A program made the position numbers and the translations under genes. The notes beneath the pieces were generated by a model, which worked only from the letters and a program-made list of their open reading frames with translations, had not been told where the DNA came from and did no database searches. A DNA stretch of 64,000 nucleotides from a bacterium (GTDB taxonomy: Bacteria; Krumholzibacteriota; Krumholzibacteriia; LZORAL124-64-63), in NCBI GenBank assembly GCA_024223715.1, contig JAAEOA010000202.1, forward strand, positions 6,779-70,778, in the 5' to 3' direction. Shown here in pieces: positions 57,544 through 64,000 of this stretch (its first letter is position 1; the number at the start of each line of letters is the position of its first letter).

Positions 57544-59352
57544 ATGAAGATAAATCCCCGTCACGATCTGGTTCTATTGCTTTTCATGGCAACCGCCATT
57601 TTTGCAACTTTTGCAGAAGCCGCGGAGACCTCAATCAAGCCAGAATCCGTGCCCGAAAAGGTTGAAATAGGAAAAAACATTGAACTCCTGTTCGAAGTGA
57701 CTCTGCCTGCCGGGACAAGCCTCGATGCAGAAAAACTTGTTTTGAAAGCTGAATCTCCCGGTGGTGATCCATTCTTTTCGACACCCTACCCTCACAAAGT
57801 CATCTCATCACAGGCCGGTAGCGCCACTGTGGAATGGGTGGCTCCTTTGCCGGAAGACTTGGAACCTGGCGATTTCCCTTTATTAATCACCCTTGCGGCA
57901 AAAGATACAGCCGGCACCGATTTAAAGGCCTCCTGGACGGGCAATATCACTGTTGATTTTGGTGATGAATGGTCTGCCAATAAAATCAGCCACTTCATTG
58001 AAAAAAACGGATTGTTCCTTTATCTGTTGCTCCTTTTTGGTTTTGGCATGGTAATGAGCCTGTCCCCCTGCATTTATCCGATGATTCCCGTCACCTTGGC
58101 AGTGGTGGGCACCCAAAGCAAAGAGAAGGGCATCCTTCATGGGTTGGGACTTTCCCTGACCTACGTTGTGGGAATGGCTCTTGTTTTTGCTCTCATCGGT
58201 TATCTCAGTGCCACTGCGTTCAGCGGCATTATTGCCTTCATGCAAAGCCCTTGGGTTATGGTCCCTTTTGCATTGCTTATGCTGGCTCTTTCTTTCAGCA
58301 TGTTTGGCGTCTACGAACTGCAAGCGCCTCAATTCCTTCGTGACAAACTTGGTGGATCCGGCGGTGGAGAGAGCCGCACAGGCCTCATTGGTATTTTCCT
58401 GATGGGCATGGCTTCGGGTCTGGTGGCGTCCCCTTGTGTGGGTCCGGTCCTTGGTGGCCTGCTGTTAATGCTTGCCACCACCGGTGATGGCCTTTTGGCT
58501 TTCATTAGTCTGTTCACCTTCGGAATGGGTATGGGTGTATTGCTCATTGGTGTGGGCACTTTCCCCGCACTTTGGGGAGCCATGCCCAATGCTGGCGGCT
58601 GGATGGAAACAATCAACAAAGCAATGGGACTTTTGCTCGTGGGAATGGCTCTTTATTTTGTTCGCCCGGCTATTGTTATTCCGGAACAATACTATTATCC
58701 GCTGGTAGGAGCAGTCCTGGTTTTGGTTGCTACTTTCATGGGAACTTTTGATGCCCAGCCAGAGGGCGCCTCATGGTGGGATCGAACCCGCAAAGCTTTG
58801 GGAATACTGGTCCTCGTTTCAGGTCTGATAGTCTTCGTAGGCAGCAACATGCAATTTGGTTTCCTTGGCCAAAGCCTGCGCAGCATTCAACCCGAAACCA
58901 TTATTTCAGCTCCTTCAAAAACCATAGCCTCAACTCCTTCAAAAAACACTGAAACACCCAACGTCCCCTTGCCTGAAAAAGTTCAGTGGGAGAAAATTCA
59001 CACAGGAGAAAATGTTCAGGCTTTCCTGGATGCCAAACGCGCCGAAGCAAAAGCCGCCGGTAAACCGGTTATGATCGACTTCTGGGCCACTTGGTGTGTG
59101 TACTGCAAGAAGCTGGACAAAGCCGTATGGAACCAGCCACCGGTGGTCGAAGAAAGCTTGCGCTTTGTGACCATAAAAATCGACGCCACCAAAGCTGACG
59201 ATGAAGAGATGACAGCGATCAAAACAGCTTTTAAGGTGCCTGGTTTGCCCCGGGTCATCTTCATTGACAGCCGGGGTGAAGTTTTGCATGGCCAAACCGT
59301 GGGTTTCACCCCTCCTGAAGAGATGCTTGAAATCATGAAGAGTATTCGATAA
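57544..59352 (+). CDS. dsbD: Thiol:disulfide interchange protein DsbD (periplasmic N-domain, CcdA-like TM core, C-terminal thioredoxin)
   Basis: TM cysteines LSPCIYPMIPV and ASPCVGPVLG. C-terminal FWATWCVYCK. AAGGAA SD before the ATG at 57544. Confidence 0.85.
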   Translation: MKINPRHDLVLLLFMATAIFATFAEAAETSIKPESVPEKVEIGKNIELLFEVTLPAGTSLDAEKLVLKAESPGGDPFFSTPYPHKVISSQAGSATVEWVAPLPEDLEPGDFPLLITLAAKDTAGTDLKASWTGNITVDFGDEWSANKISHFIEKNGLFLYLLLLFGFGMVMSLSPCIYPMIPVTLAVVGTQSKEKGILHGLGLSLTYVVGMALVFALIGYLSATAFSGIIAFMQSPWVMVPFALLMLALSFSMFGVYELQAPQFLRDKLGGSGGGESRTGLIGIFLMGMASGLVASPCVGPVLGGLLLMLATTGDGLLAFISLFTFGMGMGVLLIGVGTFPALWGAMPNAGGWMETINKAMGLLLVGMALYFVRPAIVIPEQYYYPLVGAVLVLVATFMGTFDAQPEGASWWDRTRKALGILVLVSGLIVFVGSNMQFGFLGQSLRSIQPETIISAPSKTIASTPSKNTETPNVPLPEKVQWEKIHTGENVQAFLDAKRAEAKAAGKPVMIDFWATWCVYCKKLDKAVWNQPPVVEESLRFVTIKIDATKADDEEMTAIKTAFKVPGLPRVIFIDSRGEVLHGQTVGFTPPEEMLEIMKSIR

Positions 59353-59366
59353 TTCTGAATGTAAAC

Positions 59367-59396
59367 AAAAAGGCCCCGGAATTCCGGGGCCTTTTT
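59367..59396. terminator. Bidirectional intrinsic terminator
   Basis: Perfect 30-nt palindrome aaaaaggccccggaattccggggccttttt between convergent genes. Confidence 0.85.
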
Positions 59397-59402
59397 GTAT
59401 TT

Positions 59403-59429
59403 TTATTGGAGTTATTGGAGTTATTGGAA
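59403..59429. repeat. 3 x 9-bp tandem repeat TTATTGGAG / TTATTGGAG / TTATTGGAA
   Basis: Read directly from the sequence. On the minus strand each unit carries an in-frame TAA, and the first serves as the stop codon of the 59421-60221 gene. Confidence 0.9.
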
Positions 59430-60221
59430 ACGAACCTCATTGCCATAATCCATATCGTAAACCTTTACCGGCCCGCTGAAACCATTTTCGGTTATGATTT
59501 CCAAAATCCCATCGCCGTCGATGTCCAGCAATTCAATAATGCTATAAAAAGATTCTTCTTCCCACTCAATGCTGCCGGAAACGGCATCAATAACCTGTCC
59601 GGAATTCAAAACCACTTCCATCTGGCCGTCGCCATCAACATCACCACAACGCATCATGGTAGCATCGTGGGTATTAATGCTTGACCATTCCTTGTTGAAG
59701 GTTTCACCATCTACGTAGTGAATTCTATTGTCGGCCAGAAAGACAATTTCACGACTGGCATCTTCATCCATATCCATAGTAGTAAAGCACTGAATATTTT
59801 GATATTCCCCAGCCAAAGACTCCCAGAGCAAAGTATAGTTATCCATGGACCAGACATAAATTTTTCCGTTATTGGTTCGGCATAGGATGGCATCTTCAAG
59901 CGAATCGCCACTTAGATCTGCAGTAAGAACCTCATCAGGAATACCACTTAGTTGATTGCTTTTCCAAACCCGCTCAGCACCCCGAACTGTGTGCTTAAAT
60001 ACCAAAACTGTGCCAAATCTCTCACCCAGGGCGCTGTACATCCCCGACTCACCATGCAAGGGCTCATAGGCCACAAGGTGATCAAGTCGATCAGCGGCCC
60101 AGTCCAGTTGCCGGTATTGCTCATAGGTCAGTTCATCCTGACCCAGAACGCAGTTCGGTATTAATAGCATCAAGCAAAAGAAACTGTTGAATATTAAAAG
60201 AGCCGAACGACTGAAAGACAT
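59421..60221 (-). CDS. Secreted FG-GAP/VCBS-like repeat (beta-propeller) protein
   Basis: Repeats with Ca-binding-like loops ADLSGDSLEDAI, MDMDEDASREIV, GDVDGDGQMEVV, LDIDGDGILEII. The ATG at 60221 is preceded by GAGGTGG and gives the signal peptide MSFSRSALLIFNSFFCLMLLIPNCVLG. Confidence 0.6.
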   Translation of the reverse strand: MSFSRSALLIFNSFFCLMLLIPNCVLGQDELTYEQYRQLDWAADRLDHLVAYEPLHGESGMYSALGERFGTVLVFKHTVRGAERVWKSNQLSGIPDEVLTADLSGDSLEDAILCRTNNGKIYVWSMDNYTLLWESLAGEYQNIQCFTTMDMDEDASREIVFLADNRIHYVDGETFNKEWSSINTHDATMMRCGDVDGDGQMEVVLNSGQVIDAVSGSIEWEEESFYSIIELLDIDGDGILEIITENGFSGPVKVYDMDYGNEVRFQ

Positions 60222-60333
60222 AATCCACCTCATTGTTGGCATTGGGCAGGGGTTTGTTCAGGTTCAAGTATAAAGCAGACCACTAAATACTCACAGGTAT
60301 TTCAACACAATAATTGCAGGATGTTCCCAGCCT

Positions 60334-60939
60334 TTACCAGGGAATAGGGATTCCGGCCCCCACTTGCAGGGAATAATTGGTATAATTAAAATCATAATGA
60401 TCGAAATATCGATACTGAGCTTTCACCCAGAACAGGTACCGTTCTTTCAAAGTTCGTTCAAATCCAACCTCGCCCAGCCAAGACCAATATTTGACTCGTT
60501 TTTCAGCAGAATAGTTGGCTTTGCTGGCCCCCATCCCGGCTCCCACAAAAAATGATCCGAGGGCCTGGTTGGGCCGCATATCCTTGAAATATTTCCGAAA
60601 AATTACATCGGCCGACAATATTGACTCATCATTATCAGACAATTTCAAAAAATCTGCCTGAAGAATAAAGGAAGAATTCCACCTGTACAAAAAGGGCAGG
60701 ATATCCGCGGCTGAACCTGGACGAAATTCAAAGATTGCACCGTAACCCGGTTGACTCCCATCAAATTCAATGCCTAGCCCAAATTGACCATAGAGGCCCA
60801 AAAACATGGGTGAATCTACAGATGGGCCCAGATTCGAACCCGGCATGCTTAACCTGGGGTTGTCCCCGGCCCTGGCTGATAAACTTCCGCACAGAAGGAC
60901 AATTACCAACCATGAGATGAAGGTTTGTTTATTTAACAT
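60334..60939 (-). CDS. Small outer-membrane beta-barrel protein (OmpW/OmpA-barrel-like size class)
   Basis: Signal peptide MLNKQTFISWLVIVLLCGSLSARA. Alternating aromatic/hydrophobic strands. Aromatic C-terminus GAGIPIPW. Confidence 0.55.
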   Translation of the reverse strand: MLNKQTFISWLVIVLLCGSLSARAGDNPRLSMPGSNLGPSVDSPMFLGLYGQFGLGIEFDGSQPGYGAIFEFRPGSAADILPFLYRWNSSFILQADFLKLSDNDESILSADVIFRKYFKDMRPNQALGSFFVGAGMGASKANYSAEKRVKYWSWLGEVGFERTLKERYLFWVKAQYRYFDHYDFNYTNYSLQVGAGIPIPW

Positions 60940-61101
60940 ACGCAATAGCAAGACCTTTCGAAGATTTTGGATTCACCCTTAAGGCTAAAGCAAATCAAGT
61001 GCCTGTTTGGGCATATTTTTCGAAACTTCTGGTAAAGACTGAGCCCACCTCCTAAACTCAAATAGTCTCATATCAACGCCCCTCAACAAGAAAATGTATT
61101 A

Positions 61102-61746
61102 ATGAGCGGTTCTCTGCCTCCAGATAGTTATTTTACTCTTTCTTCTACCACCGAAGCAGAAGCTAAAATCAAACGCTCTCGTTTCATTGCTCTGTCCGGA
61201 CCCGCTGAAAATGAAGAGGCAGCAAAAGAATTCCTTGGAAACGTCAGGAAGAAGTACCACGATGCCCGCCATGTTTGTCATGGCTGGAAATTTGGACTGC
61301 CTGGCAATGTCATCGAAAAAGGAAACGATGATGGCGAGCCTTCAGGCACCGGCGGTGAACCCATTTTGAACTCCATCAGACGCAGCAGCCTGACCGATGT
61401 CGTAGTGGCTGTAGTCCGTTATTATGGAGGCATAAAACTAGGTACCGGTGGGCTGGGCAGGGCTTATGGAGGAACTGCCGACCAAGTATTGGCAATAGCC
61501 CATCGTCGAGAAGTTTTATTGGGCAAGGAGTTCAGTCTTCAATTCCCATACGCTCAACAAAAAAACCTGCAACACCTGTTGGAAAATTTTCGGGGCAGGA
61601 CACTACAGGAAGATTACGGTGCAGAAGTAACCTGGAGATTGTGGCTTCCACATTCCACCAGTTCAAATTTCCTAAAAGAATTGACGGAAGTTTCTGCAGG
61701 AAAGCTCATTCCCACTTTGTTGAGTGTTGGGCCCAGGGAAACCTGA
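61102..61746 (+). CDS. yigZ: YigZ / IMPACT-family (UPF0029) protein
   Basis: KRSRFIAL...YHDARHVCHGWKFG...DDGEPSGTGGEPIL...VVAVVRYYGGIKLGTGGLGRAY. Confidence 0.8.
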   Translation: MSGSLPPDSYFTLSSTTEAEAKIKRSRFIALSGPAENEEAAKEFLGNVRKKYHDARHVCHGWKFGLPGNVIEKGNDDGEPSGTGGEPILNSIRRSSLTDVVVAVVRYYGGIKLGTGGLGRAYGGTADQVLAIAHRREVLLGKEFSLQFPYAQQKNLQHLLENFRGRTLQEDYGAEVTWRLWLPHSTSSNFLKELTEVSAGKLIPTLLSVGPRET

Positions 61747-61766
61747 AGAAAAGCCCTGTTAATATT

Positions 61767-61798
61767 AAAAAAGCCCCGCCAAACAGGCAGGGCTTTTT
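61767..61798. terminator. Bidirectional intrinsic terminator between yigZ and the sigma factor gene
   Basis: aaaaaagccccgcc-aaaca-ggcagggcttttt (one mismatch in the stem). Confidence 0.7.
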
Positions 61799-61853
61799 GT
61801 AGTCTTCCAAACAATTTTCTACGCATCTGAGTCAGGACTCAGACAACCACAAT

Positions 61854-62924
61854 TTATTGCGGATTGTCTTCATCAGCATAATCGAGCATATACTTGAAAG
61901 TTTTGCTGGATCGAATTTTATCGAAAGCCTCTTCTTTAATTTGGCGGATCCGCTCACGGGTAAGGCCCATGATCCGTCCAATTTCTTCAAGAGTCATTTC
62001 TTTATCGGTTCCGAGGCCATAATACAAACGCAGGACTTTTGCTTCACGGGTTTTCAGATCCCCGAGCATGCGGCCAATGCTGCTGTTCAGGTCATCTTCC
62101 ATAACTTTATTGTCAGGCCCAACACCTTTTTCGTCTTCCAGGAAGTCGAGATAGGTGCTGTCTTCATCATTCCCAACAAAATCATCCAGGAAGAAGTTGT
62201 CCTGCATCAGAGGAAGGGTATCCTTAACTTCAGATACTGACAGTCCAAGCTTGGCTGCAATTTCTTCAGCTTCGGGTTTGCGACGCAATTTCTGTTGCAG
62301 CTCACCACTGGCTTTTTTGATTTGGTTCAATACCCGGGCTCGATTCAAAGGCATACGCACAATTTTACTGTGGTTGGCCAAAGCCGCCAGAATGGATTGA
62401 CGAATCCACCAAACGGCATAACTGATGAATTTAAACCCACGAGTTTCGTCGAAACGTTGGGCGGCCTTAAGCAGGCCAAGATTTCCTTCATTGATCAAAT
62501 CTTCCAGGGGAACACCGTAATGTGCGTACTCCTTGGCAATGGACACCACAAAACGAAGATTGGCCTTCACGAGTTTGTGCAGACTTTCACTGTCATTCTG
62601 GTGGATGCCACGAGCCAGTTCGCATTCTTCAGCACGAGTCAGCAAGTTATAAGCTTTAACTTCCTGAAAATATAAATCAAGATTGCTCATCAATTGAGCT
62701 GCAGGTACAACCTGGCTAGTTGCCACTTTGGCTGAACCCCGTTTGGCAGTAACTTTTTTAGTTGAAGTTTTTGCTGCCACTTTTGTTTTCCGGCCTTTGC
62801 CGGTTGTTTTTGCCTTGGAAGCGGCGGACTTAGTTGCGGCTGAAATGCTTTTTCCAGCTTTGGTTTTCTTTACAGAAGTTGCCGCAGTAGTCTTTTTCGC
62901 CTTGGTATTTGTCGCCTTGGCCAT
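61854..62924 (-). CDS. Sigma-70 family RNA polymerase sigma factor (RpoD-like regions 1.2-4.2) with a Lys/Ala/Thr-rich ~75-aa N-terminal tail
   Basis: Region 2 LVKANLRFVVSIAKEY...EGNLGLLKAAQRFDETRGFKFISYAVWWIRQSI. Region 4.2 TLEEIGRIMGLTRERIRQIKEEAF. The ATG at 62924 (MAKATNTKAKK...) follows GAGAGGAAAG. Confidence 0.8.
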   Translation of the reverse strand: MAKATNTKAKKTTAATSVKKTKAGKSISAATKSAASKAKTTGKGRKTKVAAKTSTKKVTAKRGSAKVATSQVVPAAQLMSNLDLYFQEVKAYNLLTRAEECELARGIHQNDSESLHKLVKANLRFVVSIAKEYAHYGVPLEDLINEGNLGLLKAAQRFDETRGFKFISYAVWWIRQSILAALANHSKIVRMPLNRARVLNQIKKASGELQQKLRRKPEAEEIAAKLGLSVSEVKDTLPLMQDNFFLDDFVGNDEDSTYLDFLEDEKGVGPDNKVMEDDLNSSIGRMLGDLKTREAKVLRLYYGLGTDKEMTLEEIGRIMGLTRERIRQIKEEAFDKIRSSKTFKYMLDYADEDNPQ

Positions 62925-63274
62925 TTGAATCTTTCCTCTCATCATTTCTTTTTTAGCTCTGCCGCTGTGGGGTGGCCGAGCAATCTGTTTGTTCTCCCTT
63001 AACAATAATTATACCAAAACCACTTACTTGAATTAACTTTATTTCCCAAACGTAACTGGCTGTATTCTCTGCACTTGCGCCACTGAGCCTCCTGTGTCTT
63101 TTTTGACAGCTGAGGCACCCTCTTCATTTTTCGACATTTTGTCAATTGGCGTCCTGTAGCTGCCGTCACTTTGTCAAATTAAAATTTGTTTTTTTCTTTT
63201 ATCCTTTTCATACTAGATTAGATTATTCTTCTTTTGGTCGGAAGTTCGGAAGTTATTCCAGAGTGAGTCCAGAA

Positions 63275-64000
63275 ATGCCCCCCAGCAGCTCCATCAATTC
63301 CAATAAATCATCAGATCAATGGCTAACATCCCTGGGTCTGGTGCTTTCTGTGTTGATCCCTGTTATTATTGGGGTCTTGTTTTCCCTGCACAGTTTGGGT
63401 GAACTGGACATCTGGTTTCATTACCAGTCTGGTCAGGACATTTTAAGCAACCACACTCTATCCGATACCAACGATTACTCATTTAACGAACCCGACCATC
63501 TCTGGACCAATCATGAGTGGCTTTTCCAGATCCTGATTGCACCATGGGGCGCCAATCAGGGTGACCCCGGCCCAATGGTTAACCATTGGGTATTGCTGAG
63601 GGTCGTTCTGACTTTGGTTTTGCTGGCCATCCTTTTCCTGGGTGTAGCACCTTGGCGGGCTCCACCCATCTTATTGATTGGGCTCTCGCCCGGACTACTT
63701 CTGGGAGTTTTCCTCCTGTGGACCCGTCTTCTGATCAGGCCTGAATTGATCTCCTTCATCTTCCTGGTACTTTTTATTAGGGTTTTGGATAAGGACAACT
63801 CCCTACAATCCACTGCCTCTTGGTTTTCAAGACATCAAAAAGGCGGACAGCTGTTTATTATTGCCCTTTTGTGGGCTCAATTTCACGGATTCAGTGCATT
63901 AACCCTGGGACTCCTTCTCCTGGCAATAGCTCTGAGTCTGGTTCCCTTTTCTCAGATTCCCAAAAATTCATTAAAGAACAATCTGATTTATCTTTCCCTC
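63275..64000 (+). CDS. Polytopic membrane protein, 5' partial (runs off the window); possibly a GT-C-type glycosyltransferase-like protein
   Basis: I translated this by hand from the ATG at 63275: 242 codons with no stop up to the window end. MPPSSSINSNKSSDQWLTSLGLVLSVLIPVIIGVLF..., with at least 5 hydrophobic helices. It is not in the ORF track because it has no stop. The functional guess is weak. Confidence 0.5.
   Translation, partial: MPPSSSINSNKSSDQWLTSLGLVLSVLIPVIIGVLFSLHSLGELDIWFHYQSGQDILSNHTLSDTNDYSFNEPDHLWTNHEWLFQILIAPWGANQGDPGPMVNHWVLLRVVLTLVLLAILFLGVAPWRAPPILLIGLSPGLLLGVFLLWTRLLIRPELISFIFLVLFIRVLDKDNSLQSTASWFSRHQKGGQLFIIALLWAQFHGFSALTLGLLLLAIALSLVPFSQIPKNSLKNNLIYLSL

Noticed and set aside
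62925-63274. Two TTGACAAA boxes (minus strand), one TTGACA (+ strand), and a direct repeat cggaagtt x2 (63237-63252), all in the divergent sigma-factor/membrane-protein spacer.
   Set aside because: No matching -10 hexamer lies at a 16-18 nt spacing from any of them. The repeats are too short to tell apart from chance, so I do not call a promoter.

Overview
This 64-kb window comes from a diderm bacterium. Evidence for that: GGAGG-type Shine-Dalgarno sites, outer-membrane beta-barrels ending in aromatic residues, TatA, and DsbD/TlpA. Several large secreted proteins end in the same ~80-aa FlgD-Ig/T9SS-type C-terminal domain. That suggests an uncultured FCB-superphylum-like lineage, but the taxonomy is inference only.

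About 55 protein genes cover roughly 90% of the window. I found no rRNA gene, no complete tRNA gene, no CRISPR array, and no transposase or integrase.

Housekeeping backbone: ppiD, a MrfA/MrfB (YprA/YprB)-like helicase-exonuclease pair, tatA, HIT, panC-panB, dNK-folK-folB, a dapL-type aminotransferase, groES-groEL behind a CIRCE operator, coaX-birA-nadC, uvrB, a rodZ-like gene, valS, crcB, tlpA/dsbD, yigZ and a sigma-70 factor.

Three accessory blocks stand out:
- (i) 14.3-18.6 kb: a translationally coupled GT4-yqeC-mocA-xdhC-yqeB set. These are accessory genes for selenium-dependent molybdenum hydroxylases, yet no hydroxylase is in view.
- (ii) 22.5-33.6 kb: a divergent locus with two giant gingipain-like (C25) proteins and a beta-helix protein, all sharing one C-terminal sorting-type domain.
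- (iii) 33.6-42.4 kb: a tightly coupled six-gene operon. It starts with poly-gamma-glutamate synthase genes pgsB and pgsC. It continues with a fused membrane protein, an outer-membrane barrel, a beta-propeller/FGE-fold lipoprotein and a polytopic acyltransferase.

Block (iii) is my top candidate for an undescribed system: a diderm-type gamma-PGA synthesis, export and modification apparatus.

All family assignments come from motif recognition by eye in the supplied translations. No searches were run. Start codons were refined by hand from SD sites and gene overlaps.
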